From the NCBI GenBank assembly GCA_013043705.1, contig JABDNS010000036.1:2390-66389 (forward strand): a stretch of 64,000 nt of DNA. Reading direction: 5' to 3'. The DNA comes from Pseudomonadales bacterium (GTDB lineage: Bacteria > Pseudomonadota > Gammaproteobacteria > Pseudomonadales > UBA7434). Below are positions 47,500 to 57,197 of this stretch, one piece after another; position 1 is the first letter of the stretch; the number at the start of each line of letters is the position of its first letter. The translations under genes were made by a program, and so were the position numbers. The notes under the pieces are model-generated. The model made no database searches and had not been told where the DNA came from. It was given only the letters and a program-made list of their open reading frames with translations.

Positions 47500-48273
47500 A
47501 TGGCATTTACAGGAAAGGTTGCACTCATCACCGGCGGCGGCAGCGGCATGGGCCGTACCGCCGCGCGACAACTGGCTAAACAGGGCGCGCAAGTTGTGGT
47601 ATTCGACGTAAATGCGTCGGGGCTTGCTGAAACCGCTGAGGGTTATGACAATATTCATAGCCAGGCAGTTGATCTGACCAATGAGGAAGCCGTGAATGCC
47701 GCTGTGGCAAAGACGGAATCCGAGGTCGGGCCCATCGACCGCCTCTACAATTGCGCCGCGATAATGCCGTTTGGCAAAATACTCGAGCAGGATGCAGCGG
47801 TGATGCACAAAATTATGGCCATCAATTTTGGCGGCCTGGTAAACATTACCAAGGCCGTTATACCAGGCATGGTCTCGCGCGGCCGCGGTGATTTCATTAG
47901 CTTTGCATCGATGGCCGGTGTTATTCCTACTTTGCTTACCGGCGCATACTCTGCCAGCAAGTCTGCCGTGCTAACTTTTACCGAAACGCTATACCACGAA
48001 AACCGCGATTCGGGCATTCGCTTTGCTTGTGTGTGCCCCCCGCCAGTAGCCACGCCACTACTCGACCAGGGCAAAGCAACCGCTTGGCCCAAAATGTTAG
48101 ATCAATCGGGTGACCCGATATCGCCGGAAGAAGTGCTAGCCGAAATCGAAACACGCCTGGAAAAAGGCAAGTTCCTGGTATTCCCCGGCAAGCAAACTTA
48201 TTTTGGTTCAATCATGCGGCGCCTGTTCCCTGGCCTAATATGGAAACAAGTGCACCAGGTAGAAGGTTTTTAG
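47500..48273 (+). CDS. SDR family oxidoreductase
   Basis: VALITGGGSGMGR and YSASKSA. Confidence 0.85.
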   Translation: MAFTGKVALITGGGSGMGRTAARQLAKQGAQVVVFDVNASGLAETAEGYDNIHSQAVDLTNEEAVNAAVAKTESEVGPIDRLYNCAAIMPFGKILEQDAAVMHKIMAINFGGLVNITKAVIPGMVSRGRGDFISFASMAGVIPTLLTGAYSASKSAVLTFTETLYHENRDSGIRFACVCPPPVATPLLDQGKATAWPKMLDQSGDPISPEEVLAEIETRLEKGKFLVFPGKQTYFGSIMRRLFPGLIWKQVHQVEGF

Positions 48274-48278
48274 GCTGG

Positions 48279-48719
48279 TTACCCGGCACGACGTTCGCCA
48301 AACCATTCGAATAGTTTGATACCGGCAATCATCGAAATTACAAACAGTAATATATCCGGCTTGAGCGTTCCCAAACCGACCAGCGCAGGCCCGGGGCAAA
48401 AACCGCTTAGCCCCCAGCCAATGCCGAACATGGCGGCACCAATAATTAATTTGCGATCAATTATTTTATTTTTTGGTAGCTCAAACTCGGCGCTGAAAAC
48501 AGGCCCCGGCTGGCCAAGTACAATCTTGTAACCAATAGCTGTTACCAACAGTGCGCCGCCCATGACAAAGGCCAGCGTAGGGTCCCAATTCCCGGCCAAA
48601 TCCAAAAAACCAATAACGCGCACGGGATTAACCATTTCGGAAACAATCAAACCGATACCAAAGATAGCGCCCGCAATGAAGGCCGACAGTGTGCCTTTCA
48701 TCCATATACTCCTTCGCAA
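48279..48719 (-). CDS. YeeE/YedE-type half-size sulfur-compound transporter
   Basis: 4 TM, with the G.GWGLSGFCPGPA motif carrying a conserved Cys. Confidence 0.7.
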   Translation of the reverse strand: MRRSIWMKGTLSAFIAGAIFGIGLIVSEMVNPVRVIGFLDLAGNWDPTLAFVMGGALLVTAIGYKIVLGQPGPVFSAEFELPKNKIIDRKLIIGAAMFGIGWGLSGFCPGPALVGLGTLKPDILLFVISMIAGIKLFEWFGERRAG

Positions 48720-48725
48720 AACACC

Positions 48726-49142
48726 TTAAAAAAACCGCAGAACAAATACAGTGAGTACACCAAAGCTGATAAAAACTCCGGTGGCAAGCAATGATCTTGG
48801 CGACAACCTGGAAATGCCACAAACACCGTGCCCGCTGGTACAGCCGCTACCCAGGCGGGTACCAAAACCTACCAGCAGGCCTGCTACTACGAGCATTACG
48901 CTGCTGCTCTGAACCTGGATAACTACAGGCTGTACTAGCCAGTGTATGAACAAACCACTCGCCAACAAGCCGCCTACAAAGGCCCACTGCCAATGCAATG
49001 CAGAGGCCGGCTTAAGAACATTCGCAAGGATACCGCTGACCCCGGCAATGCGGCCAATGGTGGCCATCATTGCAACGGCCGCCAAACCAATCAATGCGCC
49101 ACCAGCCAATGCGCTGTAAATAGAAAACGTCATCGTATTCAC
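48726..49142 (-). CDS. YeeE/YedE-type half-size sulfur-compound transporter
   Basis: 4 TM, with [17 protein letters not shown], the signature of the family. Confidence 0.7.
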   Translation of the reverse strand: MNTMTFSIYSALAGGALIGLAAVAMMATIGRIAGVSGILANVLKPASALHWQWAFVGGLLASGLFIHWLVQPVVIQVQSSSVMLVVAGLLVGFGTRLGSGCTSGHGVCGISRLSPRSLLATGVFISFGVLTVFVLRFF

Positions 49143-49825
49143 GAAGACCTCCCGCAGCGCAAATTGGCTGGCACGGCAATATCCATCATCTTGGGGTCGG
49201 GAAGATCAAGATTATTCATAATATCGATATATTGCTGCCGATTCTTTCCTGTAAGCCTCGGGTTATGTCTTTTCTCCTCGGCAATGCTGCTAACAGTCCA
49301 GCCCTTGTAGTCGTGGGCCGGGTATACCAAGGTTTGTTCGGGCAGCGTAAATAACTTGCCTTGTATACTATCCCATGATGCCCCCGCGTCTCCGCCCTGG
49401 AAATCCGTTCTACCGCTACCGCGAATAAGTAATACATCACCGGTAAAAACCCTGTTGCCACTGACAAAGCTGAAAGACTCGTTGGTGTGCCCAGGCGTGT
49501 ACAGGCATTTCAATTCTATTGACCCTATTTCCAGAACATCACCATCGCCTACAGTCTTCGAAACACAATCCGCCTTGCTGTGCTCTCCCATAACCGTCGT
49601 GCATCCAGTTAAATCACGTAACTCACCCAAGGCCGTCACGTGGTCGGCGTGCGTATGTGTGTCGATAGCCATAGACAAATTCAAATCGAGTTGCTCGATG
49701 AGCTTAAGGTACTGCTGGCTATTCTCTAGTACGGGATCGATAATCGTCGCCTTTTTACTTTCCTCGCAACCGAGTAAGTAAGTATAGGTTCCGGATTCTT
49801 GATGGAATAACTGCCTAAACAACAT
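49139..49825 (-). CDS. persulfide dioxygenase (ETHE1-type MBL-fold)
   Basis: LFRQLFHQESGTYTYLLG, IIDPVLE, DTHTHADHVT and YTPGHT. Very close by eye to ETHE1/Blh. Confidence 0.85.
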   Translation of the reverse strand: MLFRQLFHQESGTYTYLLGCEESKKATIIDPVLENSQQYLKLIEQLDLNLSMAIDTHTHADHVTALGELRDLTGCTTVMGEHSKADCVSKTVGDGDVLEIGSIELKCLYTPGHTNESFSFVSGNRVFTGDVLLIRGSGRTDFQGGDAGASWDSIQGKLFTLPEQTLVYPAHDYKGWTVSSIAEEKRHNPRLTGKNRQQYIDIMNNLDLPDPKMMDIAVPANLRCGRSS

Positions 49826-50651
49826 TGATGTTCCCCCAAAGTTGATACAACATAAATAGCCCCGTAGCCAGCAACATGAGCGAGAATACCCGTTGCAACA
49901 TTTTCCCGCTTAAATCGCCGGCCACCATACGGCCCAGAAACATACCACCCAACGAACCTAGCCCAAACAATATTGCAGGCGTGCTGGAAAGCAATACCGA
50001 CAAACCCGCCAACGCGCCGCCAGTGATGCCAATCATCGCGATAATCGTTAACGAGCTGCCAATTGCAAACGAAATATCCATGCGAATAACATACATAAGT
50101 GCCGGCACTATAAGAAAGCCGCCGCCCACGCCCAAGAAGCCGCTCAACACGCCAACAACGCCGCCGGCCAAGACTAGCGCAGCAATGCACGGCAAGGTTA
50201 AATCCATGCGGCCGTCTTTGGCATAGCGACATATACCGCTGTTGCCTTGTAACTCCAGGTTGGCACGCACCACCCTTGCAGACCCCGGTTTGGCTGATTC
50301 AATGGCCATGCGCCCGGCCATTACAAATACCAACAAAACAAATGCAAACTCTTGGTATATATCGGGCGTTAGGGCACCCAGCCTTAAACCGGCGGGCGCC
50401 GCAACGATTCCCGCCGCGCCAAACACCAGCGTTGGTTTTAGGTGTAGCAAACCGGTACGCAATGCCGAAACGGCGCCCGACAACGCAGTTATCCCTACAA
50501 CCAGCAACGAAATGGGCACGGCTGACTGCATATCCATATTTAATACGTAGAGCAGCAGCGGAATAGCAAATAGGGACCCGCCACTACCGGTAAGCCCCAG
50601 CGAAAGACCCACCGCGATACCCGCCAAAATTGCGCTCAGAAAAGCAATCAT
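49815..50651 (-). CDS. TauE/SafE family sulfite exporter
   Basis: 8 TM with internal duplication and glycine-rich G.GGG segments (LGLTGSGGS, FLGVGGGFL). Confidence 0.8.
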   Translation of the reverse strand: MIAFLSAILAGIAVGLSLGLTGSGGSLFAIPLLLYVLNMDMQSAVPISLLVVGITALSGAVSALRTGLLHLKPTLVFGAAGIVAAPAGLRLGALTPDIYQEFAFVLLVFVMAGRMAIESAKPGSARVVRANLELQGNSGICRYAKDGRMDLTLPCIAALVLAGGVVGVLSGFLGVGGGFLIVPALMYVIRMDISFAIGSSLTIIAMIGITGGALAGLSVLLSSTPAILFGLGSLGGMFLGRMVAGDLSGKMLQRVFSLMLLATGLFMLYQLWGNINVV

Positions 50652-50860
50652 GCTATCGCTTTTCGAAAAAATAATGCATTGATATAGACCAAACCTGCAG
50701 CTTCCAGAATCAGTTAATCTAAAACTGTAAGTTTACGGCCTGCCCGAGTCGGATGCTATGCAATTTCTACCTCACAGCTTTGAAAGACAGCTTACAATTC
50801 GGATAGAATTATCTGCAATAACTGCCAGCATCCAATAAATTAAACGCTAGAGAGATAACC

Positions 50861-51622
50861 ATGCGACTTGCCAATAAAATTGCCCTCGTTACCGGTGGTG
50901 CACAGGGGCTTGGGTTCGCGATTGCGAAAACGTTTGCCGAACATGGTGCCAAGGTGGTAATAACCGACCTTCAAGTCGAGCTTGGTGACGCAGCAGCGGC
51001 GACAATTAACCAACAGTTCAACGATCGCTGCCGCTTCATCCAGCAAGATGTTACTAATGAAGAAAGATGGCAACAGGTAGTTGAGGAAACACTGGGCAGC
51101 TTTGGCAAGCTTGATATTTTGGTTAACAATGCAGGCATTGCCTTAACCGCATCGATAGAAGATGAAACGCTGGAAGGCTGGCGCACCACGCAGGCGGTGA
51201 ATCTGGACGCAGTTTTTATGGGCACCCAGATGGCTGTGCGGGCTATGAAAAAAAATGGCGGCTCAATTATTAATATTTCTTCAATAGAAGGAATGGTTGG
51301 CGACCCGAAAATCCCTGCCTACAACGCCAGCAAGGGCGGCATACGCCTACTCACTAAATCTGCAGCCTTATACTGCGCACAAGAAGGCTACGCTGTGCGC
51401 GTGAACTCCGTACATCCCGGCTTTATCCGAACCGAAATGGTTGAGAAAGGCCTGGACAGCGTGGGGCCGGAAGCCTGGGACATGGTACAACAAGCAATAC
51501 CGGCCGGAAAGTTAGGCATTCCCGAAGATGTGGCGTATGGCGCACTATACTTAGCTTCAGACGAATCTACTTATGTGAACGGCAGTGAGCTGGTAATCGA
51601 TGGCGGATTTCTAGCGCGCTAA
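50861..51622 (+). CDS. SDR family oxidoreductase
   Basis: ALVTGGAQGLGF, NNAGI and YNASKGG. Confidence 0.85.
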   Translation: MRLANKIALVTGGAQGLGFAIAKTFAEHGAKVVITDLQVELGDAAAATINQQFNDRCRFIQQDVTNEERWQQVVEETLGSFGKLDILVNNAGIALTASIEDETLEGWRTTQAVNLDAVFMGTQMAVRAMKKNGGSIINISSIEGMVGDPKIPAYNASKGGIRLLTKSAALYCAQEGYAVRVNSVHPGFIRTEMVEKGLDSVGPEAWDMVQQAIPAGKLGIPEDVAYGALYLASDESTYVNGSELVIDGGFLAR

Positions 51623-51645
51623 GGCGATACTAGCTAACGCGTGCC

Positions 51646-52242
51646 TTAAGTTAAACCTTTCAGCTGCCGGTCGTGATAACGAGAAAGTAAAAGCAAGGCC
51701 AAACAGGCGCCCACTAATGCCAACCCCATATCGGATTGCGTGTCCCATATGTAACCTTGCGTGCCCAGGAAGGCCTCCGCGTCTTCACCACTGAGCAGTG
51801 CTACCCACCACTCAATAAGTTCGTAAAACGCACTAAAAGCCAGGCAAATAGATACAATGATATAAGCTTGCCAAGCGCCCCCATTCACTACCCTTTTTCG
51901 AATTAATATTTCCCTGGCCAAAATAGCAGGCCCAAAGCCCTGAAAAAAGTGACCAACTTTATCGTAGTTATTTCTTTCTGCACCAAACAATCCGTCAAAC
52001 AGCGGCACCTCTGCATACGTGTAATGGCCACCGACCATAAGCACAATGCAATGCAACAAAATGAGCATATAGAGCAGCGGCGTGAGCGGGAACCCGCGAT
52101 AGGTTGATACCACTAGTACCAAACCAATCATTGCCGGCAGAACCTCCAAAAACCAGGTAAGTTGATCCTTTGGGTTTACGCCAGACCAGATCAATACCGC
52201 CAGAAACGTGGCGATCCAAAGCAGCTTCAACAGATTCATCAA
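51646..52242 (-). CDS. DUF2238/YjdF-like inner membrane protein
   Basis: Multi-TM with RNNYDKVGHFFQGFGPA. Family from memory. Confidence 0.6.
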   Translation of the reverse strand: MMNLLKLLWIATFLAVLIWSGVNPKDQLTWFLEVLPAMIGLVLVVSTYRGFPLTPLLYMLILLHCIVLMVGGHYTYAEVPLFDGLFGAERNNYDKVGHFFQGFGPAILAREILIRKRVVNGGAWQAYIIVSICLAFSAFYELIEWWVALLSGEDAEAFLGTQGYIWDTQSDMGLALVGACLALLLLSRYHDRQLKGLT

Positions 52243-52326
52243 CTAAAACACACTCTATTTGGGCAACCTGATACCGGGGACACAACTGACAGCAATCCTG
52301 CGTAGCACCCAACTGATTTCAATTGT

Positions 52327-53049
52327 TCAATTAACGTTTACCACGTCATCTCTACGAAAAAAACCATTTTCCAGATAGAAAATAGCCTGCTCAATTACCT
52401 TGTCGTTTTTCATCATAAACGGGTGAGTGACCGGTAACTCGATAAAATCATTCATGCCTTCGAGGCGCGCATTCTGCAGAGAAACCTTGCCATCATCATC
52501 GCCGGGAATTAGCATTGATAGTATCCAGTTAATACTACTGGTGCCCGCGATTACGCCTACATCGAACTTCGCAGCACCAAGACGATTGGGCACACTTTCA
52601 CTACTCGTTCCCAACTCGAATCCCGCCCTGCCATTTAGAAACCCGAAGCCCGGCAACCAGCCCAGCTTGTCTACTACCTCACTGCCCTGGTTCGGCGGGC
52701 CCAACATAACCACTCTTTTCAAATTTGGAATTTCATGCTCAGACAAGTATTGGCGAACCAGAATGCCGCCCAATGAATGCGTAATAAAGTGAATGGCTGT
52801 GGAATTTGAGCAGTTTTCCAATGCGGGAGCAATGGCCTGGCCAGCTAACAACGCGATTGAATGTTTTCTGGACGGATATCCTTTGTTTACAGCCTGGTAC
52901 CCTGCTGCCTCGACCATTTTTTCCATTTTCTTAAGCGAGCCTTCCGTTCTTGCCAGGCCGTGCAATAAGATTACACAATCCGCTTGTAAGGAAGCGCTTG
53001 ATAAGAGCGCAAACACCAGCAACATAACCCGCATCACAGCACTGGCCAT
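52327..53049 (-). CDS. exported alpha/beta-hydrolase (lipase/esterase-like)
   Basis: Signal peptide, oxyanion region VILLHGL and nucleophile elbow THSLGG. Confidence 0.75.
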   Translation of the reverse strand: MASAVMRVMLLVFALLSSASLQADCVILLHGLARTEGSLKKMEKMVEAAGYQAVNKGYPSRKHSIALLAGQAIAPALENCSNSTAIHFITHSLGGILVRQYLSEHEIPNLKRVVMLGPPNQGSEVVDKLGWLPGFGFLNGRAGFELGTSSESVPNRLGAAKFDVGVIAGTSSINWILSMLIPGDDDGKVSLQNARLEGMNDFIELPVTHPFMMKNDKVIEQAIFYLENGFFRRDDVVNVN

Positions 53050-53193
53050 TTAAACTGCCTCATGCGCGCCGCCCTTGTTGTTGAACAATCCACCACGCTT
53101 TGGCGAGCACTAGCAGCACAAAAAACAGAATGGCATAGGCGACTGCGTTGGGAAACATTGAATTACACTTGCTAACTGCTAACTGCTAACTGA

Positions 53194-53430
53194 TTATTTC
53201 AATTTGGAAGCCCAAATCGCCAACTTGTGACGCATAGCCAACTGTGAAATTTGCTCTTGGGGAACAGGTTGAATCACCTTGTCATGCACTAACAAGCGGT
53301 AAATGTACTCGATTTTTTCGTTCGCCGAGTCGGTGGGCTCAAATTCAACCACACCCCTTTCAACGCCATACTTCATACCCTCAGCGATGGCTTTTTTCAC
53401 CAGCTCTTTCTCGTTTTTCAGCTTTTTCAT
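53194..53430 (-). CDS. hypothetical small protein (78 aa)
   Basis: ATG 53430 has AGGAG 8 nt upstream. Lys/Glu-rich with no recognisable motif. Confidence 0.4.
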   Translation of the reverse strand: MKKLKNEKELVKKAIAEGMKYGVERGVVEFEPTDSANEKIEYIYRLLVHDKVIQPVPQEQISQLAMRHKLAIWASKLK

Positions 53431-53725
53431 AGCGAATTCACTCCTGGCGTGCCGCAATCATCGCATATGGTTAACGCCGTGGCTTACGGCCGTTCCAGGC
53501 CAGCCTAACCAAAATGAGTCGCTTTAAAGTCATTTTCTGGCCGCTTTATCTCAGATGGCTGTTTTTCGTAGCAAATTCAAACTATTATCATCGGTATTGA
53601 TCGAATAATAGACAGTACGTAGCATTTCTCGAGCACTATCTCGTTCCTTATTGAAGCCGACTGCGCCAGCCAAGCGTAGTTTGCTACATAAGACAGCGAC
53701 CTACTACGTGGCAGGAAACCAATAC

Positions 53726-54478
53726 ATGCAAATAAGCAAGCTTCGACGCGCGCTTGCGGGCCTGGTCATGATCCTAATTGGAAGTGGCGCACTACCTGCC
53801 CGGGCGTACGATGTCGAAGCCAATACCACTGGCAATAAAGTTTATATGCTGCTGCTGAACGACAACCCCGGTGCAGTTTATCACTCCATCAGTATTGCCG
53901 ATAACGCGCCTGTTTTCGTTAGTTCGACAACGGCTTCTATTGTGCCTGGCTCGGTTGCAGGCGGCGGCAGTGACCTCGCCGCGCTTGAATTTAATATTGC
54001 AGCTGGCGCGTCGAATGGCGCAAGCGGCGATTTGACAGTTACCGTATCGGGCCTGGCCGCAGGCGCGCCCATTGATGTTGTTTTCACCGTACCTTTAGAA
54101 GTTGTAAGCAGCGCGCCCGCAGCCCAAGGATTTGTTGGTACAGGCGAACCTACGCCAAATCCTGGCGGCACCGATAACGATGGTGATGGCGTGCCGGATT
54201 CGCTGGAAGTGGCATACGGTAGCGATCCCGATTCAGCGGATTCTATACCCGGCCAGGTAGACTCCGACGGCGATGGTATTGAAGATAGGAGTGATCCCTC
54301 TTCGAGTGATCCTTGCGATCCGGACCCATTAGCAGCGGCCTGCCCGAACGCGCCAGTTTCAGTACCCGTTTTTGGGCTACCGGGCTTTGCGCTGTTGGGG
54401 CTGCTGCTAGCTTCGCTGGGTGCTACACAAGTTAGGCGCCGCAACAGCATTGCGCTACCAAAAAAGGGAGATAAATAA
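53726..54478 (+). CDS. secreted protein with thrombospondin-type-3-like Ca-binding repeats and a C-terminal PEP-CTERM/IPTL-CTERM-class sorting signal
   Basis: ATG 53726 (AGGAA 8 nt upstream). Signal LVMILIGSGALPARA, DNDGDGVPD and DSDGDGIED repeats. Tail is VPVFGLPGFALLGLLLASLGATQVRRRN. Confidence 0.65.
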   Translation: MQISKLRRALAGLVMILIGSGALPARAYDVEANTTGNKVYMLLLNDNPGAVYHSISIADNAPVFVSSTTASIVPGSVAGGGSDLAALEFNIAAGASNGASGDLTVTVSGLAAGAPIDVVFTVPLEVVSSAPAAQGFVGTGEPTPNPGGTDNDGDGVPDSLEVAYGSDPDSADSIPGQVDSDGDGIEDRSDPSSSDPCDPDPLAAACPNAPVSVPVFGLPGFALLGLLLASLGATQVRRRNSIALPKKGDK

Positions 54479-55860
54479 TGAACGCGTTCAAATCAATGCG
54501 CTCCCTTTTAGCCACGCTACTGCTGGCATTGTCCACCGAGTTGCTGGCCGGCCCAACCCGAATACAGCTAGTTGGCAATATCAGTACTGTGCCGCAGCAA
54601 ACGCTATTATCCGTCGTTTCGGCTTCCGCGAGTAGCGGTGAGGGTAGCTATACCGCTGACAAAGCAATAGACAACAACAACAGCACGCGCTGGGGTTCAG
54701 CTTTCTACGACCCTAACTGGATCACGCTTGACCTGGGCTCCGCCCAAGACCTAAGCAGCGTCGTTATCGACTGGGAAGTTGCCAGTGCAGCAACTTACGA
54801 AATTCGCGGCTCTAATGACAACAGTAACTGGACGGTGCTGGCGAGCGAATCAAATAGCTCCTCGGCGAATCATCGCATGGACACGGTAAGTATTAGCGGC
54901 AATTACCGCTACGTGCAAATGTATGGAATTACACGCACAACGCAATACGGCTATTCAATTTATGAAATGGACGTGTACGGCGTGGGCGGCGCGCTTGGCC
55001 CCGATGCCGATTATGATGGCGTAGGCGATAGCGCTGACCAGTGCCCGGGCACACCTGCCAATACACCGGTTGGAAGCGATGGCTGTGAAATAGGCTTTAT
55101 TGGTGGCTACGATGCGCCTACTTCCTATCCGGGCATGACGCTGGTCTGGGCCGATGAATTTAATGGCACCTCACTCAACACAGCGAACTGGACGCATGAA
55201 ATTGGCGACGGCTGTCCAAACTTGTGTGGCTGGGGCAATAACGAACAGCAATACTATCGCGCAGAAAACACCGCTGTTGCCAATGGGTGGCTTACTATCG
55301 AAGCGAAAAACGAAAGCTTTGGCGGCCGTAACTACACATCCTCGCGCTTGAAAACGCAGGGCAAACAGTCGTTTCAATATGGCCGTATCGATTTTCGGGC
55401 GGTATTGCCGCAAGGCTTGGGCCCCTGGCCTGCACTGTGGATGCTCGGTGACAGCATTTCTTCGGAGGGCTGGCCTGAAGCCGGCGAAATTGACGTAATG
55501 GAGAAAATTGGCGGCGAAGAAAACCGGATTCTGGGTACGGTGCATTGGGATAACAACGGTAGCTATGCAAGCTACGGCTGTGGCGATACCGGGGGGTGCC
55601 CTACTTTGTCTTCGGGAACCTTTGCCGATGAGTTCCACGTATTTAGTATCGTTTGGGATTCCAACTTTATTCGCTGGTATCTCGACGACGCCACGACGCC
55701 CTTCCACACTATCGACATTAGCAGCTCGGCGCTAAGCGAATTTCGGGCGCCGTTCTTTTTCTTGATGAACATTGCTGTGGGAGGCAGCCTGGGCGGCACG
55801 CCGAACAACGCGATATTCCCACAGAAAATGATTATCGATTACGTAAGGGTATACCAGTAA
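54478..55860 (+). CDS. secreted beta-glucanase: F5/8 type C (CBM32-like) domain plus GH16 catalytic domain
   Basis: AIDNNNSTRWGS..YEMDVYG discoidin-type module, DADYDGVGDSADQCP linker, and GH16 WPALWMLG with catalytic GEIDVME. Confidence 0.85.
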   Translation: MNAFKSMRSLLATLLLALSTELLAGPTRIQLVGNISTVPQQTLLSVVSASASSGEGSYTADKAIDNNNSTRWGSAFYDPNWITLDLGSAQDLSSVVIDWEVASAATYEIRGSNDNSNWTVLASESNSSSANHRMDTVSISGNYRYVQMYGITRTTQYGYSIYEMDVYGVGGALGPDADYDGVGDSADQCPGTPANTPVGSDGCEIGFIGGYDAPTSYPGMTLVWADEFNGTSLNTANWTHEIGDGCPNLCGWGNNEQQYYRAENTAVANGWLTIEAKNESFGGRNYTSSRLKTQGKQSFQYGRIDFRAVLPQGLGPWPALWMLGDSISSEGWPEAGEIDVMEKIGGEENRILGTVHWDNNGSYASYGCGDTGGCPTLSSGTFADEFHVFSIVWDSNFIRWYLDDATTPFHTIDISSSALSEFRAPFFFLMNIAVGGSLGGTPNNAIFPQKMIIDYVRVYQ

Positions 55861-55964
55861 AAATAGCTTCCGCATAACGGACTCAACAGGCGTGCCTGCT
55901 TGCTGTGACTTGGCTATATCCTTTTAAAAAGAGCAACCTAAGCCTAGGCGGGAAACGCCGCACA

Positions 55965-57149
55965 CTAAAGATCATTAAACCTCACCAGCCTTAAGCTTGG
56001 CTTCTCGCTGTTTTTTGATAACTGATAGCGAATGCTCAGCAAACCCTCGCGCTTGCCAGCAGTATCCAGCCAATTTCCAGACGGTGGCCGCTGGTGAGAC
56101 ACCACAACACGATAACGGCCGTTGTCAGTTTTTATCTGCTGGCCATTCAGCGCAACCTGGTAATGTTCGTAATCCAGTGACTGCATCCAGCGGTTCTGCA
56201 ATGACACCGCCCAGTATGGGGCATCTGGCACCGCTCCCTCAATAATCAGTGCTTCGTCGTCTTCCAGGTAGATCCAACCCCCGTAGTACTCATTGTCGGT
56301 GGTTGGATAAAAGATACCGCCAAAATCAGCATTGTAACTGCGCGGCGGATCAAAGCTATTAGGTTCGCTTGCCAACATAGCGGTTAGGGCGAAAGCGCCA
56401 TCAACGGTATCGTTGAAAAACGTGGTAGCTGCGTTTAGTCCTGCTGCCAAGTCCACTTCACCCGGCGGCAAGTACTCGGGCACATCAAGGTTTTGTATAT
56501 CCAGATTGGCTGTAGTCTTGCCATCACGACCATGATAGTACTGGCGCACCATAATCATGTGCGTATCATCTTCAAGTTGTAGCCAGTTTGCCGCTGCATC
56601 CTTCGGAATTGTTTTACTGAGTAAGATGGTAAAATTGCCCGCCTTGTCAAATTTCAGATCTTTACCGGACAGGTTCGCAGTGGCCCGGTTCCAACCGTTT
56701 AGCTGCCGACCATAAAGTATAAATCCCAGGTATTCCGCATCGCCACGGTTACCACTAACCTGGTATCGAAATTCCGGAGATAGCTGCGCTGTGTGATAGA
56801 CGGCATCGGGGCTATCACCCAGAAACTTGCGATAGTCGCCCATCCAGTCGGTAAACCTGGGCTCTTGCTCACTGCCTTTAGTAAGCTTCATCTCAAGCGA
56901 GACCGAAGCGAGCTGGGCCAGGTAGTGCAGCCCTTCCAAGCGCTCAGCGTGCTCAATATCCGCAGCATATATACGAGCCGCTGCCGCCTCCATGCTAGCG
57001 CCAAACTCTCGCCATGCCTGAGCCGCGTCGCTTTCCGCCGCCCACCCTGCAGCAGGCAGCGATACAACTTTTCGAGCATTGACCGTGCCGAATAAATAGG
57101 CGGCCAGCAGCAATACCAGAGCGAGGCTAAGAAAAATAAGTTTTTTCAT
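55965..57149 (-). CDS. hypothetical exported protein (DUF1214-like C-terminus)
   Basis: Signal peptide MKKLIFLSLALVLLLAAYL. C-terminal PPSGNWLDTAGK.EGLLSIRY resembles DUF1214. Weak call. Confidence 0.5.
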   Translation of the reverse strand: MKKLIFLSLALVLLLAAYLFGTVNARKVVSLPAAGWAAESDAAQAWREFGASMEAAAARIYAADIEHAERLEGLHYLAQLASVSLEMKLTKGSEQEPRFTDWMGDYRKFLGDSPDAVYHTAQLSPEFRYQVSGNRGDAEYLGFILYGRQLNGWNRATANLSGKDLKFDKAGNFTILLSKTIPKDAAANWLQLEDDTHMIMVRQYYHGRDGKTTANLDIQNLDVPEYLPPGEVDLAAGLNAATTFFNDTVDGAFALTAMLASEPNSFDPPRSYNADFGGIFYPTTDNEYYGGWIYLEDDEALIIEGAVPDAPYWAVSLQNRWMQSLDYEHYQVALNGQQIKTDNGRYRVVVSHQRPPSGNWLDTAGKREGLLSIRYQLSKNSEKPSLRLVRFNDL

Positions 57150-57197
57150 TCTATTTCCAGAATCAGTTTCGCATGCAAATGCTGAACTCTACTTTCG

